Positions 47,870 through 56,700 of a stretch of DNA of 64,000 nt are shown here, piece after piece. Below the pieces are notes generated by a model that ran no database searches, was not told the origin of the DNA, and was given only the letters and a program-made list of their open reading frames with translations. This DNA comes from Deltaproteobacteria bacterium (lineage in GTDB: Bacteria > Desulfobacterota > Desulfobacteria > Desulfobacterales > SpSt-501). The position numbers were made by a program, and so were the translations under genes. The stretch lies in contig JACRCN010000044.1 in NCBI GenBank assembly GCA_016219005.1, positions 739-64,738 of the forward strand. The letters run 5' to 3'. Numbering within the stretch: position 1 is the stretch's first letter; every line of letters starts with the position of its first letter.

Positions 47870-47915
47870 CTGAAGATTTTTTTTTTACTACCCAGCTATC
47901 TGAAATCGCTCTTAA

Positions 47916-48104
47916 CTATAAGCCATCTCAAGAGCAGCAGATCACAGCCGAGGGCAAGGCGCGCGCCGATGAAGAGCCTATCCGCGCGGCAGGTGGTGAG
48001 CATATTTCAGGGGCGTGCAACGCCACCAGCGCGCTGTCAGATGCATTTTTTAAGATGGTTTCAACAAAATGCTCGGAATACGCGAAAGTGCATAGCTACT
48101 CAGG
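47916..48104. repeat. Non-coding repeat module X, copy 2
   Basis: See copy 1 (44328-44552). It is immediately followed by palindromic repeat copy C. Confidence 0.7.
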
Positions 48105-48184
48105 TAGATAGACTGAAGGCTGAAGGGCAATGATGATCTTGCAAACCATTTCCTTCAGGCTATTCACCTTCAGTCTGTCTACCT
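48102..48184. repeat. Palindromic intergenic repeat, copy C (best-preserved)
   Basis: AGGTAGATAGACTGAAGG (48102-48119) and CCTTCAGTCTGTCTACCT (48167-48184) are complementary at 17 of 18 positions, with a 47-nt spacer. It lies 36 nt downstream of the HDOD gene stop. Confidence 0.8.
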
Positions 48185-48219
48185 TGCAGTCTAGCGAAGA
48201 TGGTTGATCTTGAGTTCTG

Positions 48220-49068
48220 TCAACCCAGGAAGGAGCGGATGTCGTCGAACTCGGTCAGCATGGAAGCCATGATGGCGTCGACGGCACTCGTTTTGAGCTT
48301 CAGCAGGTCCCAGGCGGCCTTGTCCAGGGGCGGCATCTTATCGTCGCCGCCGGAGCCGAGAGCGAGCGCCCGGGTGAAAATGTCAGCCAGGTGCACGATG
48401 GAAGCCTCCATGGCAAACGTCCCGGCCGCGGCCGGGGCGTGGTGCCAGGCGATGGCGCCCACCAGCTTCGCCGGCAGGTTCCATTGCTCGGCCAGCAGCC
48501 GGCCGATGTCCGCGTGGGTGCACCCCAGCAGGTCCTGTTCGGCCGCCGACATCAGCACGCCCTCGGCCCGGACCCGCTCCGTGATCCGGGCAAACTCGTC
48601 CTGCAGGAACATCATCTCGACGATCTTGCCGATATCGTGCAGCAGCCCGGCGACGAAGAGTTCCTCCAGCTTGTCGTGCCGCAGGAAGTCCCCGATGGAC
48701 TTGGCACCGATCGCGCAGCCCAGTGAATGGTCCCAGAGCTGCTCCTGATCACGCCGGACTCTCGCGATACGTGCGGGGAACAGGTCCAGCACCGAGGTCG
48801 TCAGCAGCAGGTTGCGGATGGCGTCGAACCCGAGCAGCACGATGGCCCCGGTGACGGTGGAGACCCGCTGGGGGAAGCCGTAAAAGGACGAGTTGACAAG
48901 CTTGAGCAGCCGGGCCGTCAGCACCTGGTCGTCCGTGATGATGATGGAGAGATCCTTCGCGGACGCCCTGGGGTCGTTGACCAGCTCGGTGATCCGAAGC
49001 ACCGTACGCGGCAGGGTGGGAAGGTCCTCGACCTTGGCGATGATACGCCTGAGATCAGCTTCGCCCAT
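48220..49068 (-). CDS. Stand-alone HDOD-domain protein
   Basis: LPTLPRTVLRITELVNDP...ARLLKLVNSSFYGF...AGLLHDIGKIV...HADIGRLLAEQW. Confidence 0.85.
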   Translation of the reverse strand: MGEADLRRIIAKVEDLPTLPRTVLRITELVNDPRASAKDLSIIITDDQVLTARLLKLVNSSFYGFPQRVSTVTGAIVLLGFDAIRNLLLTTSVLDLFPARIARVRRDQEQLWDHSLGCAIGAKSIGDFLRHDKLEELFVAGLLHDIGKIVEMMFLQDEFARITERVRAEGVLMSAAEQDLLGCTHADIGRLLAEQWNLPAKLVGAIAWHHAPAAAGTFAMEASIVHLADIFTRALALGSGGDDKMPPLDKAAWDLLKLKTSAVDAIMASMLTEFDDIRSFLG

Positions 49069-49405
49069 GCCGAACCTTTTTCTTGCGACCGTGGCCTGCG
49101 AGGTGGCGGCCGGCCGCCTCCATGATCGCTGCCATCACCGGGTCGTCGAGCACGCCGGCAAAGCGGGCCCGCAACGCGTCGTCGGGGGCCTCCGCCGCCG
49201 GCAGGCCCACCCCCATGCCGGTAGACTCGTCACCCGCCGCGCCTCCCTTCACCGCAACCGCCGCAACCCCCCAGGATTTGAAGATGCGCAAGTGTTTTTC
49301 GCTGATGCGGCGGCCGGTCTCCAGGAGCAGTCGGTCCTGATGGGTGTAGACCGGCTGGGCCAGGGTCATGCCCGGCTTTACGTCGTCAAGCGTCAGGATC
49401 GGCAT
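49055..49405 (-). CDS. Small hypothetical protein co-transcribed with the HDOD gene
   Basis: 116 aa from ATG 49403-49405: MPILTLDDVKPGMTLAQPVYTHQDRLLLETGRRISEKHLRIFKSWGV. It resembles N-terminal modules of HD-GYP/HDOD-associated proteins. Overlaps the HDOD start by 14 nt. Confidence 0.5.
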   Translation of the reverse strand: MPILTLDDVKPGMTLAQPVYTHQDRLLLETGRRISEKHLRIFKSWGVAAVAVKGGAAGDESTGMGVGLPAAEAPDDALRARFAGVLDDPVMAAIMEAAGRHLAGHGRKKKVRHGRS

Positions 49406-49526
49406 GGGTCGCGGTTCATCCTTATTATGAATTCCCGCCAGGCAGCGGCAGGTCGCAAGCGGCTTTTCGTCGGAAATCACTCTTAACCACGAAATGCGCG
49501 AAGCACGCGAACGTGCGTAACGACTC

Positions 49527-49593
49527 AGGTGGCCCGGCTGGAGGCTGAAGGGCAATTTTGTTCCCGCATTTCTTTTCCTTCAGTCTATCAACC
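49527..49593. repeat. Palindromic intergenic repeat, copy D (5' arm degenerate)
   Basis: AGGTGGCCCGGCTGGAGGCTGAAGGGCAAT...CCTTCAGTCTATCAACC. The flanks taacgactc / ggagcagttgc match copy A. Confidence 0.7.
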
Positions 49594-49745
49594 GGAGCAG
49601 TTGCTTTCATCTTAACATAAAGACGAGGCTCACGAAAGCCCGGTCGAGGATCGCCTCGGACTGAGGCCGATGACGCAGGCGAACACGCAAAACTCCCCGC
49701 GGCAGGCTGTCGGGAATCAGGCCCCGCAGGAAACAAAAAAAGAAC

Positions 49746-49773
49746 TAAAGTTTCCCCGCCGCAAGCCCGATAA
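49746..49773 (+). promoter_or_regulatory. Sigma-28 (FliA)-type promoter of the flagellin gene
   Basis: TAAAGTTT-N12-CCCGATAA, against the consensus TAAAGTTT-N11-GCCGATAA. It predicts a ~140-nt 5' UTR containing the hairpin TTGGCA-agaa-TGCCAA (49872-49887) and AAGGAG 10 nt before the ATG. Confidence 0.6.
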
Positions 49774-49919
49774 TGATTGCGAAGGCGTAAGAATCGACGG
49801 TCTGAAAGGAGGGGAAAAAGACTCGACCGAGCTGCGCCGAAACCCAAACCGAAAAACAATCGCACCCCAACTTGGCAAGAATGCCAAACTAACAAAACTA
49901 GAAAAGGAGTACACCGACT

Positions 49920-50753
49920 ATGGCTATGCAACCCATCACTTTAACCTCAGGCATGCGGGCCAACCTGGTCAGCCTTCAGAACACCAACAGCCTGTTGGAG
50001 ACCACCCAGAAAAAACTGGCAACCGGCAAAAAGGTCAACAGCGCCCTGGACGATCCCGTGGCGTACTTCACGGCGATAGCCCACGAGCAGCGCGCCGGTG
50101 ACCTGGCCGCCCGTAAAGACGAGATGTCCGAGGCGGTTCAGCTGGTCAAGGCGGCAAACGCCGGCATCGAAAGCATCCGAACGCTTATTGCAGCAGCCAA
50201 GTCGCTGGCATCAGCTGCGCTCTCATCCGATGTGACCACGGACGTTACCTCGCTAAGGGATCAGTATAACGAAGTGCAGAATCAGATCAGCCTGATGGCG
50301 GATGACTCGGGTTACAAAGGTATCAATCTGCTCAAGAGCGGCAGCAGCGTCGTCAAGTTCGACGAGACAGGTGCACAGTCAAAACTGACACTCACTGGAT
50401 TTGATGCGACTGCGACCGGCGCGTCGTTGGCTTTAACAGCTGCAACGTGGGATGGCCCGAATACAACTGCCCGAGCAGCCATGGACACGGATATCGGCAA
50501 GCTCGACACTGCTGTATCGACATTGAGGACCAAATCGAGCACGCTGTCCAACAACCTGAGCATCATCACCGCCCGCCAGGAGTTCACCCAGGGCATGATC
50601 AACACCCTGAAGGACGGTGCGGCCGGGTTGACCAACGCCGACATGAACGAGGAAGGCGCCAACATGCTCATGCTCCAGACCCGTCAGGCTCTGGGCACGA
50701 CATCGTTGAATCTCGCCTCCCAGGCGGCCCAGTCGGTCCTGAGACTGTTCTAA
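49920..50753 (+). CDS. fliC: Short (277-aa) flagellin
   Basis: N-terminus LTSGMRANLVSLQNTNSLLETTQKKLATGKKVNSALDDPVAYF. C-terminus DMNEEGANMLMLQTRQALGTTSLNLASQAAQSVLRLF. These are the D0/D1 domains with almost no variable domain. Confidence 0.9.
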   Translation: MAMQPITLTSGMRANLVSLQNTNSLLETTQKKLATGKKVNSALDDPVAYFTAIAHEQRAGDLAARKDEMSEAVQLVKAANAGIESIRTLIAAAKSLASAALSSDVTTDVTSLRDQYNEVQNQISLMADDSGYKGINLLKSGSSVVKFDETGAQSKLTLTGFDATATGASLALTAATWDGPNTTARAAMDTDIGKLDTAVSTLRTKSSTLSNNLSIITARQEFTQGMINTLKDGAAGLTNADMNEEGANMLMLQTRQALGTTSLNLASQAAQSVLRLF

Positions 50754-50769
50754 CCTCACCATTAACCTT

Positions 50770-50806
50770 AAACCCGGGAGAGGAAGCATTTCCCTCTCCC
50801 GGGTTT
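50770..50806 (+). terminator. Strong hairpin after the flagellin gene; attenuator or terminator
   Basis: AAACCCGGGAGAGG-aagcatttc-CCTCTCCCGGGTTT is a perfect 14-bp stem, 17 nt after the stop. The T-run is limited to the TTT at the stem end. Confidence 0.55.
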
Positions 50807-50878
50807 AACGTCACTTGGCTCTTTTCTTGCATTGTGTTCAGCCCGATGTGAAAGATCGAATCCACGAGGTGAACTGGC

Positions 50879-51289
50879 ATGGCTCTTAAAATCACGTTAA
50901 AGCCGGGCGAACGCATGGTTATCGGCGGCGCAGTGCTCACCAACGCGAACTCCGCAAGTTGCGACCTGGTGATCGAAAATAAGACCCCTATTCTCAGGCA
51001 AAAGGACATCCTGTCCGAAGAAAAGGCCAACTCCCCCTGCCGCCGGATCTACTACGCAATTCAGCTGATGTACATCGATGAGCACAACCTTGCCGCGTAT
51101 CATAAGATCTATTGGGACTTGGTAAAGGACTTGATCCGCGCAGCACCGAGTACCGTTGTGCTGATCGATTCCATCAGCGAGCACATCCTTCAGCGGAAGT
51201 ACTATCAGGCCCTCAAGCTGACCAAGCGATTGATCGACTACGAACAGGAGGCTATTCAACATGTATCAGGCTGCGCTGAAAGCGTATGA
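50879..51289 (+). CDS. flbT: Flagellin translational repressor FlbT
   Basis: MALKITLKPGERMVIGGAVLTNANSASCDLVIENKTPILRQKDILSEE.A.SPCRRIYYAIQLMYID matches the FlbT family pattern known from alphaproteobacteria. GAGGTGA RBS. Confidence 0.8.
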   Translation: MALKITLKPGERMVIGGAVLTNANSASCDLVIENKTPILRQKDILSEEKANSPCRRIYYAIQLMYIDEHNLAAYHKIYWDLVKDLIRAAPSTVVLIDSISEHILQRKYYQALKLTKRLIDYEQEAIQHVSGCAESV

Positions 51290-51665
51290 CACCGTAAACA
51301 AGTCCACGATGAGCGGACGGGACGTCGAGGCGGAAGTTCTGACCAAGGCGGCCCTCAAATTAAAAGCATGCCAGGATAGTCTGGCGCGAAATAGCCACGA
51401 TGCAAATCTCGATGCGGCACTGAAATACAACCAGCGCGTGTGGTGCATTTTTCAGGCGGAACTGGAAAATCCCGAAAACCCCCTCCCCAACGCGTTGAAA
51501 ATTGATTTACTGCGCCTGATCGCCTTCATCGACAAACGCACGCTTGAGGTACTGGCCTACCCGGCGGCGGAAAAAATGACGATCCTCATCAACATAAACA
51601 GTAACATCGCCGCCGGGTTGCGCACCCGACCGAATCCGGTTGAGGCCGGCAAAGCTGCCGCATAA
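51261..51665 (+). CDS. flaF: Flagellar biosynthesis regulator FlaF
   Basis: YQAALKAYDTVNKSTMSGRDVEAEVLTKAALKLK...LDAALKYNQRVWCIFQAEL..PENPLPNALKIDLLRLIAFIDKRT matches FlaF. AGGAGG RBS. Overlaps flbT by 29 nt. Confidence 0.8.
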   Translation: MYQAALKAYDTVNKSTMSGRDVEAEVLTKAALKLKACQDSLARNSHDANLDAALKYNQRVWCIFQAELENPENPLPNALKIDLLRLIAFIDKRTLEVLAYPAAEKMTILININSNIAAGLRTRPNPVEAGKAAA

Positions 51666-51785
51666 ACAAGGACCCTGCGACCGCTCCTCCCCCAACGTAT
51701 TTTTGCTCCAAAAATATGCACCCCTGACAGCGCATCGATCTGTGCCGCCAGGGGTGTATTGCGCCCCTGGAAATCCCCAAAAAAT

Positions 51786-53792
51786 TCAATCGGCGGCGGC
51801 GCGGCAGTTCGCCAGATGCGACACTATTTCCGAGTTGACATATCCCAGACGCGATGCCGCCTCCAGTGTCAGGCGCGCATAGTCAGCAAGTGATGCCGAT
51901 AGCAGCCGCCTTGCAATATCGAGGAATGATTCGCCGATGTATTCTCCCATGGCCAAGGACATAAGTGTATTGAGGGCACTTTCCATCTGAGATTGCTCCT
52001 CCAGGCAGGCATGGGTCACGCAAAGCAGGAATTGAGCCGCCGGATACTCCGGCTGCTTCGCCACAACCTCCTGCAGAATTAATTTGGTTTCTTCCGCCTG
52101 CCCTTCCAACAGCAATGCCAGGGCTCGGTTGAACTTAGCTTCTTTCAGAGTCGGGTCAAGCCGCAGTGCTTTTTCTGCGAAGTCTGCCGCTTCTGCATAC
52201 CGTGCAAGGTTCCAGCAGGCGGTACCGATATTCAGATGAGCCTCGGCAGATTGAGGTTGCAGCTTTAAAAATTCTTTCCACGAGTTCAGTGCCTCTTCAT
52301 GCCTCCCCAGGTGTGAGCACTGGATGGCGAATTCCCGCAGCGCCACTGGGTCACGGCGGGTTTTTTTGAGCTTTTTCCGGCCAAGATTGTTATATGCCTT
52401 CGTTTTTTCGTGGGTCTTCCCTTCCTCAAGCTTGCCGTAATGATGAACAGGGATGTCGCACGTGCCGACGGCAATGTTCAGATTCCCGAGAGCAGGCTCA
52501 ACGAGTTCGTGCACCGGGTGGGAAAAACGGATGCGCGCATCATTCGTGAACAGTCTCACCTTATCGCTGGGAATCCAGCCCGACCCCTCTTCCTCAGGAT
52601 ACTCTCCGGTATTCGGTTGCCAGCCCACGGCATTCACGTGCCGGGTGTAGTTACGGGTACGAATGCAAAAAGCCGCAGGCACCTTTTGCACTGAATTAAT
52701 TAGCTTCCTGAATTTATCATGATCCCGCACCGAAAGGATTTCATCGGCGTCCAGTACAAGAATCCAGGCACAGGATGCCTGAGAAAGCGAAAAATTCCGG
52801 GCCTCGGAGAAATCATGCGCCCACGGAAAATCGGCCACATGAGCGCCAAACGCCACGCCGATCTCCTTGGTCCGATCGGTAGATCCGGTATCGACGATGA
52901 CGATCTCGTCGACTACCGGCTTGACACTGTGAAGGCAGCGCGCCAGGTGTTTCTCCTCGTTCTTTACAATCATGCAAAGCGACACTGTGCCGCAGGTTCC
53001 GGAGCTTCCCGCACAGCGCATGGCCCCTATCTGATTCCGGATGTTCAAGGCAGCTCCAAGGATACCGCTGTCAATGCCGAAATCGACCATTGCGGATTCG
53101 ATCTCCGGCATGGCCGCGCCGCGTTTTCCTTGGCGCAACAGAACATCAATCAACAGAAAGCGCACCCGCCGGTTGAGCGCTTGGCATGTCCGTGCACGCC
53201 TGAAAGCGTCTTCCGCGCGCTGAAGGCTATTGAGGGCCAAGAGAGTTTCATGAAAGGCAAGGGTGATTTCGCGTGAAAACGGACAGCACTGAAATGCCTT
53301 TTCAAACCAATCCAAGCTCGTCTCGTGGTTGCCTGCCTCGCGGCTGAGATAACCAAGCCCCAAGCATGCCGAGCCGGAGCGAGGGTTGCGGCAAAGCGCA
53401 TCCTGAAAACACGATTCCGCAAGGATGAGATCCCCGGATCGCGCGGCAATCCGTCCCTTGATGACAAATCCGTATGCGTTGTGACTGTCAACTTCAAGCA
53501 GCATGTCTGCCGATTTCTGCGCGGACGGCACATCTCCGAGCGCTTCATGACAAATGCCGCTTAAATAGATGCGATCGATATCGATCGGGTCGCATTCAGA
53601 CGCCTGAAGCACCTTCAACGCATCCCCATAGCGCTCCGAGTCCATTAGAAGCTCCGCAAGCTTCGCGCGCGCTTCATGGCCAACGGAACCAGTTGCGATG
53701 GCTTGTGCGAGGAGGTTTACAGCCTGGTCACACCGCCCCATGCTGTAAAAAATCTCCGCGCGTTCGATGATGGTGTGTGCGTGCCTGGTCAT
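51786..53792 (-). CDS. TPR - family-2 glycosyltransferase - TPR protein; candidate flagellin glycosyltransferase
   Basis: N-terminal TPR repeats. GT2 core is VSLCMIVKNEEKHLARCLHSVKPVVDEIVIVDTGSTDRT...WILVLDADEIL (DxD). C-terminal TPRs (LNIGTACWNLARYAEAADFAEKALRLDP). Paralogous to the C-terminal third of the adjacent giant protein. Confidence 0.85.
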   Translation of the reverse strand: MTRHAHTIIERAEIFYSMGRCDQAVNLLAQAIATGSVGHEARAKLAELLMDSERYGDALKVLQASECDPIDIDRIYLSGICHEALGDVPSAQKSADMLLEVDSHNAYGFVIKGRIAARSGDLILAESCFQDALCRNPRSGSACLGLGYLSREAGNHETSLDWFEKAFQCCPFSREITLAFHETLLALNSLQRAEDAFRRARTCQALNRRVRFLLIDVLLRQGKRGAAMPEIESAMVDFGIDSGILGAALNIRNQIGAMRCAGSSGTCGTVSLCMIVKNEEKHLARCLHSVKPVVDEIVIVDTGSTDRTKEIGVAFGAHVADFPWAHDFSEARNFSLSQASCAWILVLDADEILSVRDHDKFRKLINSVQKVPAAFCIRTRNYTRHVNAVGWQPNTGEYPEEEGSGWIPSDKVRLFTNDARIRFSHPVHELVEPALGNLNIAVGTCDIPVHHYGKLEEGKTHEKTKAYNNLGRKKLKKTRRDPVALREFAIQCSHLGRHEEALNSWKEFLKLQPQSAEAHLNIGTACWNLARYAEAADFAEKALRLDPTLKEAKFNRALALLLEGQAEETKLILQEVVAKQPEYPAAQFLLCVTHACLEEQSQMESALNTLMSLAMGEYIGESFLDIARRLLSASLADYARLTLEAASRLGYVNSEIVSHLANCRAAAD

Positions 53793-56700
53793 CCGATCGT
53801 TCAGCCCTCATTTTACCGGCAGCCTCGAACAATAAGCCAGCCTGTTCCGCCCTGCCCTCGGAAATCAGGGCTGCCGCCAGTTCTTTGACGAAATCCTCAC
53901 AGTTAAAACGCTTCTTCCAAAGCATTCGAAAAAATTCGAGACCTTTCTCTTTCTGACCGTCGACATAGTAGGCGCTCGCGATCAGGCCCATGGCGGGCGG
54001 GTAATCCGGTTCGCTTTTCAGCAATTTTTCGAGAACACATACGGCATTTTTTGCATTACCTGTTATTAATTCGCAGTTTGAATAATTCAGAGCCGCCTCT
54101 TTTAGGCCCGCATTGAGCTCAAGCGCCTTCTTAGACACTGACAGCGCTTCACTGAAATTCTTTTGCGCCAGATAGGCATATCCCATATTCATCCATGCAA
54201 CGGCATCTGCAGGTTCGCGTTCGAGAAGCTCTTTCCAGATATTGATGGCCTCGTCGTATTCGCCGATTTCGGCGGCCTGGATCGCAAGCTCCCTCAGAGC
54301 ATTTATATCCCCGCCTGTTTCTTCCATCTTCTTTCTGCCCAGCAAAAAGTATTCCTTTCCTTTGGATATCACCTCCGCATGATTTAGCCTGCCATAGTGA
54401 TGAATGGGAATCTGACAAGGGGTGACCCGTATCCCACATTTTTCGATCGCTGATTCCACGGTTTCATGCACCGCGTTTTCAAATTGAATACTTCTATGGT
54501 TTAAAAAAAGCCGCACCTTTGCACTCGGGAACCAGCCCCTAGCGGATTCCTCCTCCGGGTATTCGCCGTCATTGGGTGTCCAACCACGCGACCCGATCTG
54601 ATTCGTATAATTCCGGGTGGTCAATGCATACGCGACCTTTTTAGGGTTTTGATTATGAACGATTGCACGTAAAATGGGATAATCCGCAGGCGAGATGACC
54701 TCATCCGCATCAAGAACCAAAATCCAGTCACCGGTCGCTTTACTTAAAGAAAAATTCCTTGCGGTCGAAAAGTCGCTTCCCCATTGGAAATCGAAAACCC
54801 TTGCACCGAACGCCGTGGCGATCTCCTTCGTACGGTCATTCGATCCTGTGTCTACGATTATGATTTCGTCGACAACCGGTTTCGCGCTGCTCAGACAACG
54901 CGCAAGATGGCCTTGTTCATTTTTAACGATCATGCACAAAGAGAGTCGGTTTGGCGATACATGGCCCAAATCATGAGCGCCCACCTTTTCCCTGACCGCA
55001 AGCGCGGCGGAAAGAATTCCCTCATCGATCCCAAAGCTCGCCATTGCCTGCTCGATCTGGTCCATTGCCTGTGCATGCTTGTTTTGCCTTAATAAAAGGT
55101 CGATCAGCAAAAAAGCGATTCTTCTGCTATTCGGGCAACATTCTCTTGCCTCCGTGAACAGCTCTTCAGCCCTCTGGAACTGCCCGGCGGCGGTAATTGC
55201 CGAGTGGTATGTCGTTAGGGTATGTACGCGTGTCGGTGTGAGGACAAAGCCCTTTTCAAAAAGATCGAGCGCTTCTGCAGTTTGTTCTTCAGCCCATTTC
55301 AGAATGCCGCGGTTCGTGTAGGGATCGCCATAACCCGCATCGGCTTCAATCGCCTTTTTGAAAAAAACGTCGGCTACCGCCGAATCACCTTTTCGAAAAG
55401 CGACAAGACCTTTGAGATTGAGGGCAGATGCCGAGGCAGGTTCGATGTTCAACGCCTTGTCCGCACAATCTTCTGCCTCGCCGTAGGACTCTAACCCCTC
55501 TTTGCAATATCCGATTAATTCCAGGCGTCTCGAATCTTTTTTAGAATTTTCAGGAGCAGAGCAAATTGCATCCAAACCATCCTTATATCGTTTGGAATCA
55601 ATCAGGATTTCGGCGAACCGATGATAGATCCGTGCGTCGTTCGCTGACCGGGTAATCCCTTCAAGAAGTTTTCCAATCGCTTCGTCAATTTGCCCTTTTT
55701 GATAAAATTCATCAGCTTTTTCAACCGCGGACATAGTGAAAAGACTATCGGAAAAGACACTATTTTGCTCTATCTTCTCCCATTTCTCGTCGTATCTACG
55801 TTTATCCTCTATTATTTCAACTCGATTCTTATTTTTCTTTTTATCACTTTTCCTGGTCCCATGTTTTTTGACAAACACGTCGCCGGCAATCAAGTTGCGA
55901 TAACCTGCCAGCTCCGCCCTGAGGCAGAAGTCTTCCACCGCCATGCCACTTGATTTCATCCCCTCATCGAACAGCCCCACATCATCAACGAGATCCCGCT
56001 TGAACATGGCGCAGAAACCGGCAACATGCCGCGCAGAAATTCGACGGTGCTGGTATAGACGCCTTAAAGATTGCGCAAATTTCTGCGGACGCGCCAGCGC
56101 GTCAGACCCGGATCGTGAAACCCTTGGCAAACCGAAGCCGATGACGGTCATGGGGCCGACGACCCCGACGTCTCGGACGCTTTCCAAGCACCCGATCATT
56201 CCGGCAAGCCAGCCCCCGCTCACGACCACGTCAAGGTCTAAGAGCAGCAGGTACTCACCCGATGCTTCGCGAATCCCCTGATTGCTTTCTTCTGCGAAAC
56301 CAAGATCTTCAGCATTTTCGATACATTTGCAGTTATTGTTTTCCCGCAGGATTTTTTTAACCCACTTTAAGACTGCAGGCGATGAATTGTGCGCGACAAC
56401 AATGATCTCATGGGGTTCGCCTGTGTGCTTCCTGATGCTTTTAAAACATTTTTTGACAAGCTCGAGGTCATCTGAGACACGCATAACTATTGTAGTCAGC
56501 CCATCTACCCAGTTCTGGACTGGCTGAGTTGCAGACTCAAACCTCCTAATCGGTTTTTGATGCAATGCATCAATGCGCTGCATGACCACCTTTGCGGCTT
56601 CTTCCCAGGTGAATTTAGTCTTTATCCGGGATAGCGCTGCCATTGCCTTTTCTTGGGCATCTCCCCGGTTTTCGAAAACGTGTTTCATAATCGTTTGTAA

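Noticed and set aside
49871-49887. CTTGGCAAGAATGCCAA upstream of the flagellin gene looked like a sigma-54 -24/-12 element.
   Set aside because: The GG-to-GC spacing is 3 nt too short (GC at position 11-12 instead of 14-15). The sequence is a perfect 6-bp hairpin (TTGGCA/TGCCAA) inside the predicted sigma-28-driven leader. A good sigma-28 promoter lies ~100 nt upstream.
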